This document shows, piece after piece, positions 18,527 to 26,237 of a stretch of DNA of 35,489 bases (positions are counted from its first letter, which is position 1; each line of letters begins with the position of its first letter). The stretch covers positions 1-35,489 of IMG/VR virus record IMGVR_UViG_3300049924_000502. One strand, written 5' to 3'. The DNA is from a virus. Taxonomy: Duplodnaviria > Caudoviricetes. The position numbers and the translations under genes are program-made. The notes beneath the pieces are model-generated. The model had not been told where the DNA came from, did not search any database, and worked only from the letters and a program-made list of their open reading frames with translations.

Positions 18527-19125
18527 GCGACACCCTACGATTGCAGGTCCACCGGTCGACCGTCCGGATCGGCCTCGGCGCCGTACCCGGTCCCGCCGTC
18601 GTGGCCGACGGCGACAAGGGCGATATCACGGTCAGTGGCTCGGGCACCGTCTGGACGATCGACCCCGGGCAGCGATGGACGACGGTGGTGCTCGGCTCCG
18701 ACTTCGTGGAGTCGGCGGGGACGCTCTCGGACGTGGGCCTCGCGTTCACGCCGGCGGCCTCGACCACCTACGAGGTTCAGGCGATGCTGATCTTCGTGAC
18801 GGCGGCCACCACGACCGGGATGCAGTGGACGTTCACGGCGCCCGCCTCGCTGGGCACGGGCACGACGTGGGCCGCGCAGGCGATCCGTGTGCCGATCAGC
18901 ATCAACAACTCCGTCGAGCGTAACGCGCAGCTCGGGGTCGTGGCGGCCGGGTCCGGCGTGACCTCGATCTCGTTCGACTACTTGGCGACCGGGACCTGCG
19001 CGCTGAAGCTCGGGACCTCGCCGTCTGGGACGCTGAAAATCCAGGCCAATACCGAGGTCGCGGCGAGCGCGATCACGATCAAGGCCGGCAGCTGGCTGCG
19101 GTACCGCGCGGTGGTGGCCGGGTGA
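18523..19125 (+). CDS. Second fibre-like protein (200 aa)
   Basis: Shares 'VADGDKGDITVSG...WTID' with 15034-16128; C-terminal 'ITIKAGSWL'. Confidence 0.7.
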   Translation: MSDTLRLQVHRSTVRIGLGAVPGPAVVADGDKGDITVSGSGTVWTIDPGQRWTTVVLGSDFVESAGTLSDVGLAFTPAASTTYEVQAMLIFVTAATTTGMQWTFTAPASLGTGTTWAAQAIRVPISINNSVERNAQLGVVAAGSGVTSISFDYLATGTCALKLGTSPSGTLKIQANTEVAASAITIKAGSWLRYRAVVAG

Positions 19126-19331
19126 GCGGCCGGCGGGCGAAGGAGCTGCGGGACCTGGTGTACACCGCCGTGTACCTCGCCGAGACCAGCGCGGACCCGG
19201 AGGAGTGGGCTGCCGGCTTCGTCCGGATCGACCGTGCCGATCCGGTGGTGCTGACGCCGTCCCTGCGGCGCTGGTGGCGGCGTCACCTTGACCGGGGCAT
19301 GACCTCCCTCCGCGTCCAGCGGAGCCGGTAG
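19122..19331 (+). CDS. Small Arg/Trp-rich hypothetical protein
   Basis: GTGA overlap; similar to 19772-19954. Confidence 0.6.
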   Translation: MSGRRAKELRDLVYTAVYLAETSADPEEWAAGFVRIDRADPVVLTPSLRRWWRRHLDRGMTSLRVQRSR

Positions 19332-19429
19332 AGGTCCGCGAGCTGCGCCTGCAGGTCGAGGCACCGGCGGGCGGACGCGGGGCTGTGGGTGCGGGGTGGG
19401 GCGGTGTCGCGGGGCTCGTCGTGGTCCAT
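19283..19429 (-). CDS. Possible 48-aa antisense mini-gene (MDHDEPRDT...MPRSR)
   Basis: GGAGG five nt before ATG on the - strand; mostly in an otherwise empty gap. Confidence 0.4.
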   Translation of the reverse strand: MDHDEPRDTAPPRTHSPASARRCLDLQAQLADLYRLRWTRREVMPRSR

Positions 19430-19498
19430 GCTGGCCTCCGCCTACCCTCTCGGCCGGCCGTCCGCGGACCCGGTATCCGGGCGGTCTCACGGCGACCG

Positions 19499-19507
19499 TG
19501 GTACGCT
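19499..19507 (+). promoter_or_regulatory. Putative extended -10 promoter (TGgTACGCT)
   Basis: GGTACGCTCT is identical to 3061-3070; intergenic, upstream of the membrane/lysis cluster. Confidence 0.45.
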
Positions 19508-19589
19508 CTACCTGTCGGCCGGCCTGGCCCTCCTGGGGTAGTTGCTGCGTCCCGTGTTCTCCGCAGGCCGGCCCTTCTCTGGAGGCCCC

Positions 19590-19775
19590 GTGCCCCGACA
19601 CGCGCTCACCCGGTCCGGTCTGTCCCTCGGCCAGTGGCTCGCGCTGCTGCCCGAGCTCGCCACCCTCGTCGGCGAGGTGGTCGCGGCGGTCCGCGACGGG
19701 TGCGTCACCGAGGACGAGGCGCTGCGGCTCGGCCGCGCCCTACTCGCCCTGGTGGGCGCGGTGGTGCACGCGTGA
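19590..19775 (+). CDS. Small amphipathic protein (61 aa)
   Basis: GGAGG SD before GTG; 'DGCVTEDE' helix-loop-helix. Confidence 0.65.
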   Translation: MPRHALTRSGLSLGQWLALLPELATLVGEVVAAVRDGCVTEDEALRLGRALLALVGAVVHA

Positions 19776-19954
19776 GCGGGCGCCGTGCGAAGCGCCTGCG
19801 GGCCGAGATGCGCTCCGTGGTCGAGGCGTGGCCTGTCGTGCTGCGCGAAGGGATCTCGCGACAGCCGCTGCCCGAGGTGCTGCGCGAGACCGCCGCCTAT
19901 CTTCCGCCGAGTCAGCACCGATGGTGGCGGCGCCGGGCGCGGGTGCACGCGTGA
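19772..19954 (+). CDS. Small Arg/Trp-rich hypothetical protein
   Basis: GTGA overlaps at both ends; MSGRRAKxLR...RWWRR as in 19122-19331. Confidence 0.6.
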   Translation: MSGRRAKRLRAEMRSVVEAWPVVLREGISRQPLPEVLRETAAYLPPSQHRWWRRRARVHA

Positions 19955-20049
19955 TCGTCGAGCCCACCCGCGGCTACTGGGTGGCGGGGATCTGCGGCGT
20001 ACTGTGCGGCGTCGCGGTGTGGTGCTGGGTCGACTGGGTGACCCGGTGA
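19951..20049 (+). CDS. 32-aa single-TM peptide
   Basis: GTGA overlaps at both ends; hydrophobic 'YWVAGICGVLCGVAVWCWV'. Confidence 0.55.
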   Translation: MIVEPTRGYWVAGICGVLCGVAVWCWVDWVTR

Positions 20050-20366
20050 CGGCCACCGACGATCTGCGCGCGGACCTGCACTCCGTCCAGATCGACGTGG
20101 CGGTTCTCAAGAGCGAGCTCGCCGCGCACCGCACGCAGGCCGAGGCGCGCCACACCGAGGTCATGGCCGCGCTGCGGGAGCGGAGCGCGGAGGGGGCGGT
20201 GCGCCTCACGCCGTCCTCGCTGGCGGCGTGGGCGAAGGCCCTCGGTCAGATCGTGGCGATCATCGCGGGCGTGGCGGCGGGGTCGTACGGGGCGATCAGC
20301 GCCCGACAGGCCACCGGCGGCGGTGAGGCCGGGGCGACGGAGCCGGCCGTGGATCCGGCGCCGTGA
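20046..20366 (+). CDS. Coiled-coil plus TM membrane protein, holin candidate
   Basis: N-terminal coiled coil, then 'ALGQIVAIIAGVAAGSYGAI'. Confidence 0.55.
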   Translation: MTATDDLRADLHSVQIDVAVLKSELAAHRTQAEARHTEVMAALRERSAEGAVRLTPSSLAAWAKALGQIVAIIAGVAAGSYGAISARQATGGGEAGATEPAVDPAP

Positions 20367-20746
20367 GGCCCGAGCTCGCCGCCGAGCTGCGCGCCCACCT
20401 GGAGGGCCGCGCGCTGCCGGTGACGGGGGCGGACTCGCCGACGGTGTCGGGGCTGCAGCTCGATCGCCAGACCCGGGTGGCGGTGCGGGCGCAGGGCGAG
20501 GTGCTACTCGCGGTCCTCGCCGATCTGCCGCGGCGACGGGCGGACATCGAGGAGTGGGCGGGGTCGGTGCTGGCCTGCCGCTCGGCGGTCGAGGACCTCG
20601 GCGAGCGGCTGTCCGGCGTCGAGGAGCTGGTGGTCCGGCCGCCGCCGGGCCCGGGGTGGACGACGGCCCCGATCGCCGTCGGGGTCTCGATCGCGCTGCA
20701 CCTCTGCGAGGCGGCGGCGATCGGGTATCTGCTGGTGCGGCCGTGA
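20363..20746 (+). CDS. Coiled-coil protein with C-terminal TM helix
   Basis: 'APIAVGVSIALHLCEAAAIGYLLV'; GTGA overlaps. Confidence 0.6.
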   Translation: MRPELAAELRAHLEGRALPVTGADSPTVSGLQLDRQTRVAVRAQGEVLLAVLADLPRRRADIEEWAGSVLACRSAVEDLGERLSGVEELVVRPPPGPGWTTAPIAVGVSIALHLCEAAAIGYLLVRP

Positions 20747-21066
20747 GCGCGCGCGAGGCCGAGGAGGTCGCAGCCCTGGCCGGGCACATCGACCGGCTCG
20801 GGCCGTATATGCTGCGACGAGCCCTGCGGCTGGTCGTCGACCACCGTAAGGTCGCTGCGACCTACTGCCCGATCTGCTCGGCCACTCTCGTGGGCCAGTG
20901 TCCGCACGTGCGGCTCTTCGAGCCGGTGCCAGGATCCCTGACCCCGGAACGTGAAGCCGAGATCCGGGCGCTCGACCTTGGGCACGCCAGTCCAGGCGAC
21001 TGGCAGAATGCGCGCGACGATCTGCTGGACGAGATCGAGCGGTTGCGTCGGGCGGTGGCGCCGTGA
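20743..21066 (+). CDS. Hypothetical protein with CxxC (107 aa)
   Basis: GTGA overlaps; 'CPIC...CPH'; 'LLDEIERLR' tail common in phage accessory proteins. Confidence 0.6.
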   Translation: MSAREAEEVAALAGHIDRLGPYMLRRALRLVVDHRKVAATYCPICSATLVGQCPHVRLFEPVPGSLTPEREAEIRALDLGHASPGDWQNARDDLLDEIERLRRAVAP

Positions 21067-21344
21067 GCCGTCCCTCGCTCGACGCCAGGATCGCGCAGGC
21101 CGTCGCCGCCGAACGCGCCGCGATCGTGGCCTACCTGCGCTGGCAGTCGGTGGACGAGGTGCTGTGCGCGCACGTCGCGCAGGGTACGCACGCCGTCCCG
21201 GAGGTCCTTGCGCGGGTGGAGCTCGCCGAGACCGCGCGCCGCCGGCGGCTGGCGGACGAGGCGGAGGCCAGCGCGCAGCTGCTGACGCTGACGGCGGGCG
21301 ACCTCGAGCCGACCGGCGAGCTGCCGATGCCGGAGACGCCGTGA
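21063..21344 (+). CDS. Hypothetical protein (93 aa)
   Basis: GTGA overlaps; 'AVAAERAAIVAYLR'. Confidence 0.65.
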   Translation: MSRPSLDARIAQAVAAERAAIVAYLRWQSVDEVLCAHVAQGTHAVPEVLARVELAETARRRRLADEAEASAQLLTLTAGDLEPTGELPMPETP

Positions 21345-21622
21345 CCTGGCGCTCGCTGACACTGGGCGCGCCCGACGACGTCGAGGCGGACGACACGACC
21401 AGCGAGGACGTCGAGCGGCTGCACGCGTTGTGGCGCCGCCCGTGGTGGGCGGTGGCGAAGGTGGCGCTGTCCGAGGGCCTCGACGTGCACGTCCTCGATC
21501 CGGAGGGCGCCGAGGTCGCGGGCGCGTGGTCGCTCGGCGACTCGGCTACGCTGGAGGTGACGCCGTCCACCGCGGTCGGGTGGACGCTGATCGTGCAGGC
21601 GCAGGCCGAGGAGGAGTCGTGA
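21341..21622 (+). CDS. Hypothetical protein (93 aa)
   Basis: GGAG SD; GTGA overlaps. Confidence 0.6.
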   Translation: MTWRSLTLGAPDDVEADDTTSEDVERLHALWRRPWWAVAKVALSEGLDVHVLDPEGAEVAGAWSLGDSATLEVTPSTAVGWTLIVQAQAEEES

Positions 21623-21837
21623 GGCTCGTGGTACTGGAGATCGGCGTACGCCCAGGTGGGGTCGAGGTGGTGCGGTCGGCCTACGACGCGACAACGCGAG
21701 TGCTGGTGCGCGGCGTCGAGGTGGCGCGATGGACCGACCTCGCCGAGGCGCGCGGGCGTCTCGTGCTGGAGTGGACCGGCGAAACCGCCACAGTTAGCGA
21801 GGCGCTCGGGACTGACCCGATCTGGGTGGAGCCGTGA
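21619..21837 (+). CDS. Hypothetical protein (72 aa)
   Basis: GAGGAG SD; GTGA overlaps. Confidence 0.6.
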   Translation: MRLVVLEIGVRPGGVEVVRSAYDATTRVLVRGVEVARWTDLAEARGRLVLEWTGETATVSEALGTDPIWVEP

Positions 21838-22019
21838 GCAATTGGTCGGAGCCAACGGTGCGTGTGGTCGAGCCAGAGCGACCCTGGCAGTGGGATGCCG
21901 CGGGCTTCGCGCTGGGCCTCGGTATCCCTGCGTGCACGCCGGCCGAGTACGCGGCGTGGATGGCCGAGGTGGAGGCCCGCGGGGAGGTCTGGTCGGTGCC
22001 GGTCGAGGAGGACCCGTGA
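21834..22019 (+). CDS. Hypothetical protein (61 aa)
   Basis: GTGA overlaps at both ends. Confidence 0.6.
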   Translation: MSNWSEPTVRVVEPERPWQWDAAGFALGLGIPACTPAEYAAWMAEVEARGEVWSVPVEEDP

Positions 22020-22372
22020 CCAGGATCGAGCGCGTGTGGATCTGCGACGACTGCGGCGCCGAGGCTCGGATCCGCGGCCCTCACGCGCTCGACACCCCGT
22101 CGAGCACCATCGCGCCGGAGGGCTGGTGGACATCGCACGACGGCCACCCCGACACCGTGGCACTGTGTCCGCTGCACCGTGCGCGGGGTGAGCGGTACGT
22201 CGAGGCGCTGATGGCTCACCGGGCCCGTCGACGCGACGATCTGGTGGAGGCTTCTGCCGCGTGGAAGGCTGCATTCGCGGTCTGGGACGAGGCCGCGTTG
22301 AACGCCATCACGCTGGAGTTCCGTGCCTACGACGAGGCCCACCCGCAGCCCAGGATCAGGGAGTTCCCGTGA
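22016..22372 (+). CDS. Putative Zn-binding protein (118 aa)
   Basis: 'CDDC...GW...CPLH'; GAGGAGG SD. Confidence 0.65.
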   Translation: MTRIERVWICDDCGAEARIRGPHALDTPSSTIAPEGWWTSHDGHPDTVALCPLHRARGERYVEALMAHRARRRDDLVEASAAWKAAFAVWDEAALNAITLEFRAYDEAHPQPRIREFP

Positions 22373-22512
22373 GCGTCCGTGCCTACCACGCCGTCCTCGA
22401 CCGCCCCCACCGCTGGTCGTGGTGCGGGTGGGCCTACGTCTGCGAGCGCTGCGGGCGCGTCGTCCTCGCGACCGCCGGCGACGTCACCGCGTGCACGAGG
22501 AGGCTGCCGTGA
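22369..22512 (+). CDS. Small Cys/His-rich protein (47 aa)
   Basis: 'HRW...CERCG...C'; GTGA overlaps. Confidence 0.55.
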   Translation: MSVRAYHAVLDRPHRWSWCGWAYVCERCGRVVLATAGDVTACTRRLP

Positions 22513-22970
22513 GAGATCACACACCGGCGCTGCGGCGCCATGAGGCACAGGAGGTGAGCGTGGACAGGATCACGTGGTTCGGGCGGCTGTGGGATCGGTG
22601 GGTGGCCGGGGCCGGGTACCGGAGGGGTAGCCGGTGGAGCGTCCATCCGTTCAGCTCCGCGATGTACGGCCAGATCGCGTGCTGGACCCGTTGGGGCGCG
22701 ATCTGCGTGGGGTGGCCGCGCCTCGGGCGGACGTGGGCCGCCACCGGGACCGGGCCCTACCTGTACGTCTCGCCGAACGCCACGCCGTGGGCGAGCACGC
22801 TACTACTCGGCGGCCGATGGACCGCGGCGGAACGGCGTGCGGCCGCTGTCCGGCGCGCCCAGTTCGGCCACGGCTACGACACCGAGGATTACGACCAGCG
22901 GCGCATCGACGAATTGGCCGAGACCCTGGAGCGACTCCAGGCGATGGCGCGGATCCGGTCGATCGCATGA
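22509..22970 (+). CDS. Trp-rich hypothetical protein (alternative start 22560)
   Basis: Coupled start at 22509; AGGAGG before GTG 22560; 'YVSPNATPWAST'. Confidence 0.6.
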   Translation: MRDHTPALRRHEAQEVSVDRITWFGRLWDRWVAGAGYRRGSRWSVHPFSSAMYGQIACWTRWGAICVGWPRLGRTWAATGTGPYLYVSPNATPWASTLLLGGRWTAAERRAAAVRRAQFGHGYDTEDYDQRRIDELAETLERLQAMARIRSIA

Positions 22971-23419
22971 TGCTCTCCCCCCACATCAGCCTCGCCGAGC
23001 TCACCCACACCGACCGCGCCGGGTACGACCTGGAGCAGGCCGAGGGCGCCGCGCGGGTGCTGCCTGCCCTGCGCGCGACGGCTGCGCTGCTCGAGGAGGT
23101 GCGCGCGCTGCTCGGCGACCGGCCGATCATCGTGCACTCGGGCTACCGCTGCCCGCGGCTCAACGCGGCGATCGGCGGTTCGGTGCAGAGCCAGCACATG
23201 CGCGGCGAGGCGGCTGACTGGCACGTCGTAGGCCTGGAGCTCGAGGCGGCGTTCGGCGCGATCCGGCAGAGCGGGCTGCGGTGGGGCCAGCTGATCCTGG
23301 AGGGCTCGCGCCCGGGGCGGCCGTCGTGGATTCACCTGTCGCTGGGCGAGCCGTGGCGGCCCGGGACGAAGTGCCAGCAGGTGCTCACGTACGACGGGAC
23401 GCGCTACCGGTCGCTGTGA
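22967..23419 (+). CDS. Endolysin, peptidase M15A family (Zn peptidase)
   Basis: 'SGYRCPRLNAAIGG', 'SQHMRGEAAD' and 'WIHLS' Zn-ligand motifs. Confidence 0.9.
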   Translation: MMLSPHISLAELTHTDRAGYDLEQAEGAARVLPALRATAALLEEVRALLGDRPIIVHSGYRCPRLNAAIGGSVQSQHMRGEAADWHVVGLELEAAFGAIRQSGLRWGQLILEGSRPGRPSWIHLSLGEPWRPGTKCQQVLTYDGTRYRSL

Positions 23420-23715
23420 GCCCGCTCGAGTATCCCGTCAAGGACCTCGGCGTGCCGCGCGAGGTCCTCCAGTCCGCGACTGATGATCTCGACGTCCTCG
23501 TCATCCGGCGCCGAGTGGGTCCGGGCGAGATCATCGAGGCGCTGCAGTGCCGCGCTCCGCGCCTCCCGCGTGCGCCCGTCCGGCGCGACCTCGGCGCCGA
23601 GGATCTGCGCGCGGACCCAGGCCGACACGTCGAGGCCGGCAGCCGCTGCCCGGCGCTCCACCTCGGCCAGCTCGGCCGGGTAGAGGCGGGTGCGGAGGAT
23701 GGTGTCACGTCTCAC
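23404..23715 (-). CDS. Ribbon-helix-helix (MobC/MobA-like) DNA-binding protein
   Basis: 'ILRTRLYPAELAEVERRAAAAGLDVSAWVR'; GGAGG SD. Confidence 0.75.
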   Translation of the reverse strand: MRRDTILRTRLYPAELAEVERRAAAAGLDVSAWVRAQILGAEVAPDGRTREARSAALQRLDDLARTHSAPDDEDVEIISRGLEDLARHAEVLDGILERAHSDR

Positions 23716-23798
23716 GTTGCCTCCGACGCCACCCCGGCGGCATGCCGAGGTCCCTCCCGCGAGGAGGGCGCCCCCTCGGGGGCCGCACGAGTGGAGGG

Positions 23799-24182
23799 TC
23801 AGAGGGCGGCGAGGTTGCCAAGGGCCGCGACCGCCTCCGTCGCGACCCGCTCCGCCACGGGGTGGTGGTCGCCGTCCCGGAGCGCCGTGCGGACGGCCGA
23901 CACCGCCTGCTCCAGCAGCCGCTGGGGGCTGCGGGCCGCAGTCCCACGGGCCGCAGCGTCGACCGCCGAGTAGATCGCCGACAGCGACTCGAAGATCTCG
24001 TCCTCGTCCGTGAGGCCCAGCCGAATCGGCTCGCGGTAGGCCGCGGCCTTGGCCGCCCGGCGCGCCGCGAGGGACATGCCCTCGGCGAGTACCAGCTCCG
24101 GCGCGGGCAGGCTGGCGTCCCGGCAGATGTCGGCGGCGATGGCGGCGGCGGAGATCGTGGCGTAGGCGGCGGCGGCGTCCAT
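23799..24182 (-). CDS. Ala-rich hypothetical protein (127 aa)
   Basis: AGGAG SD; promoter directly upstream. Confidence 0.7.
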   Translation of the reverse strand: MDAAAAYATISAAAIAADICRDASLPAPELVLAEGMSLAARRAAKAAAYREPIRLGLTDEDEIFESLSAIYSAVDAAARGTAARSPQRLLEQAVSAVRTALRDGDHHPVAERVATEAVAALGNLAAL

Positions 24183-24230
24183 GATGGGCTCCTGGGGTTC
24201 ACCAGGCGGCTCGTCCGCCCTGGTGACTAT

Positions 24231-24259
24231 ACTGTAGCCTCACTGCGGTACCGTGTCCA
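24231..24259 (-). promoter_or_regulatory. Sigma70-type promoter TGGACA-N17-TACAGT
   Basis: Near-consensus hexamers with a 17-nt spacer in an AT-richer intergenic patch. Confidence 0.7.
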
Positions 24260-24291
24260 CACTCCAGTGTGTCACGAGATGTCACAGACTA

Positions 24292-24323
24292 GGGTGGTGG
24301 GGATCCCGCGATCCCCACCACCC
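24292..24323. terminator. Perfect 14-bp hairpin, probable terminator of the leftward operon
   Basis: GGGTGGTGGGGATC-ccgc-GATCCCCACCACCC; no clear U-tract. Confidence 0.5.
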
Positions 24324-24485
24324 ACCCGCTGTGACCGCGGCGCCGCCTCCTCCCCAGGAGCGGCGAGTCCTGCCGGGACTACCCCGGCGGAGCCACCGGC
24401 CGAGAGGCCGGCCCCTCGTGGCGAGGGCTCACCCGTACAGGCGGACGGGGAGGGCGCCCCGGCGGGATGCCGGGGGACGTGGAGA

Positions 24486-24992
24486 TCAATCACGGTCACG
24501 GCCGCCCTTGCCCACCGTCACGGCCACCCGGGCCAGCGCCAGCGCGTTTACGTAGCGGCTGCCGTCGGGGAGTAGGCGCGGGTCGGACGGGTCGAGGTCG
24601 CCCAGCGTGGGGACGTGTCGGCGCTTGCCGCCGTCCGCGCTGGCCGCCCACCGTGGGCTCCCGGAGAAGGTCCGCGCCGAGCTGCCGCCCTTCACTCCAC
24701 CCGCGCGGCGCACCGCGAGTACCCACACGGCCTCCTGGTGCCACCAGCCCGGCGCCGTGGACCCCACCGTCAGTCCCACGCGACCGGCCAGCCACCGCGC
24801 CACCCGGTCGCGGGTCGAGGCGTCGATGAAGCTGACCCACTCGTCCGGGTCGCCGCAACACTCCGGCGGCCCCGCGTAGGGGTCGCCTATCACATGGCCG
24901 CAGCAGCTCCGTTCGACGTCCAGCCCCACCGGGTCGAAGCCTGGCAGGGCGGACAGCTCGATGCGTAGCGCGGCCAGCTCGGCGGGGCTCAC
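24486..24992 (-). CDS. Hypothetical protein (168 aa) with CC pairs
   Basis: GTGA-coupled start; 'SCCG...PECCGDP'. Confidence 0.65.
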   Translation of the reverse strand: MSPAELAALRIELSALPGFDPVGLDVERSCCGHVIGDPYAGPPECCGDPDEWVSFIDASTRDRVARWLAGRVGLTVGSTAPGWWHQEAVWVLAVRRAGGVKGGSSARTFSGSPRWAASADGGKRRHVPTLGDLDPSDPRLLPDGSRYVNALALARVAVTVGKGGRDRD

Positions 24993-25327
24993 CGCCTCAC
25001 CCACCACTCGCCGGCGAGCTGCTCGGCCTGGCGGTCGTCGAGGTCGGTGGCGGCGCTGACGGTCGGTCCGTGCCAGCGCGTGACGTCCCAGAGCTCGGTG
25101 CCCTCGACCCGCTCGACGCGGACGCGCAGCGGCTCGACGCGCCGGGTGTGCGGGTGCGGGGTCAGCCGCGTGCCCTCCCAGAGGCCGGTGCGATCGGCGA
25201 GCTCCAGCGCGGTGCGGCCCACGGCGCGGTGGACGACCGGGCGGGTGGCGCGTAGGACGCCGGCGGCGGCGAGCGCGGCCAGGCCGGCGAGGAGGAGGAC
25301 GGCGGCGAGTTGCTCGGGCGGGGTCAT
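24989..25327 (-). CDS. Membrane-anchored hypothetical protein (112 aa)
   Basis: AGGAG SD, ATGA overlap, N-terminal hydrophobic helix. Confidence 0.65.
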   Translation of the reverse strand: MTPPEQLAAVLLLAGLAALAAAGVLRATRPVVHRAVGRTALELADRTGLWEGTRLTPHPHTRRVEPLRVRVERVEGTELWDVTRWHGPTVSAATDLDDRQAEQLAGEWWVRR

Positions 25328-25722
25328 GGGGTCTCCTGTGCGAGCGCGATCAGGGCGGCGGCGATGGCCTCGCCCTCGGTGGTCTCGTAGGTCCCTGCGC
25401 CGACCGACCAGCGCGGGATCCCGTCCTCGTCGGCGACCTGGGGTAGCAGCCTCGGGTCCCCGCTCGCCTCCCGCAGCAGGGCGAGGAGACAGCCGACGGT
25501 GGCGGGGTCCGTGAGGTCGAACTCCCACGTCCGCGTGGCGTGCGTCGGCCACTCCCGCATACCGCCAGGCATCCCGGGCCAGTCGAGGTGCAGCCACCCG
25601 TCAAGGTAGACGTGCATGATCCGCGGCGTGTCCCGCCCAACGCGGACCCGCATCCCCGCCAGCCACGGGCTCCGGATCCGTCCGGCCTGGTGCAGCGCCC
25701 GCAGCGCATCGCCGAGGGTCAC
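25324..25722 (-). CDS. Accessory protein, tandem paralog B (132 aa)
   Basis: AGGAGG SD; shares three blocks with 25719-26237. Confidence 0.75.
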   Translation of the reverse strand: MTLGDALRALHQAGRIRSPWLAGMRVRVGRDTPRIMHVYLDGWLHLDWPGMPGGMREWPTHATRTWEFDLTDPATVGCLLALLREASGDPRLLPQVADEDGIPRWSVGAGTYETTEGEAIAAALIALAQETP

Positions 25723-26237
25723 GGTGCCTCCTGTGCGAGTGCGATCAGGGCTGCGGCGATGGCCTCGCCCTCGGTGGCGTGCTGGGGCTGATCGGCCCAG
25801 AGCATCTCGCCGCGCGCCGAGTACACGCACCATCCGACCGCCTCGCTGTGCTGGGCCGTCGCGAACGGGGCGGACATCGCCTCCCGCAGGAGGGCGAGGA
25901 GACAGCCAACGGTGGCGGGGTCATGCCGCGACGGTGGAGCGTCCATGAATGGCTCCCACCGATCTCGTGACGCGTTGTGCGGGCTCCAGCAGCGGATCGC
26001 CGGGCCGGTCTCGGGCGCCCACATGTGAAAGTAGGCTCCGGACCTGTCTACTACGTAGATCTGATACCCGATTTGGACGTCCAGCCACTCGCCCTCGGAC
26101 AGCCGGTGGACACACGTGATCCTCGCTGTACTGGCAGTGAGGGGACACCCCGAGCAGTGTACGAGCATCCCCGCCAGCCACGGGCTCCGGATCCGTCCGG
26201 CCTGGTGCAGCGCCCGCAGCGCATCGCCGAGGGTCAC
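25650..26237. repeat. 73-nt perfect direct repeat (25650-25722 and 26165-26237)
   Basis: Base-by-base identity covering the first 24 codons of both paralogs. Confidence 0.95.
25719..26237 (-). CDS. Accessory protein, tandem paralog A (172 aa)
   Basis: MTLGDALRALHQAGRIRSPWLAGM / DPATVGCLLALLREA / TEGEAIAAALIALAQE. Confidence 0.75.
   Translation of the reverse strand: MTLGDALRALHQAGRIRSPWLAGMLVHCSGCPLTASTARITCVHRLSEGEWLDVQIGYQIYVVDRSGAYFHMWAPETGPAIRCWSPHNASRDRWEPFMDAPPSRHDPATVGCLLALLREAMSAPFATAQHSEAVGWCVYSARGEMLWADQPQHATEGEAIAAALIALAQEAP

Noticed and set aside
15397-18663. Repeated fibre segments as a DGR template/variable repeat pair
   Set aside because: Differences are not adenine-specific, both copies are coding, and no reverse transcriptase is in the window
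24331-24339. GTGACCGCG matching the loop region of kissing-loop copy 1 as a trans target
   Set aside because: The same 9-mer occurs inside the portal gene near 2199; expected by chance at this GC content
24324-24480. Multi-hairpin region as a tRNA gene
   Set aside because: No T-loop (TTCRA) or D-loop consensus and no acceptor stem
24272-24499. 75-aa - strand ORF
   Set aside because: Gly/Pro/Ala-rich, runs through the hairpin train and the putative terminator, and has no convincing SD
25324-26237. Paralog pair as DGR or invertase-driven shufflon
   Set aside because: Repeats are direct, variable parts differ in length and are unalignable, and there is no RT or site-specific recombinase
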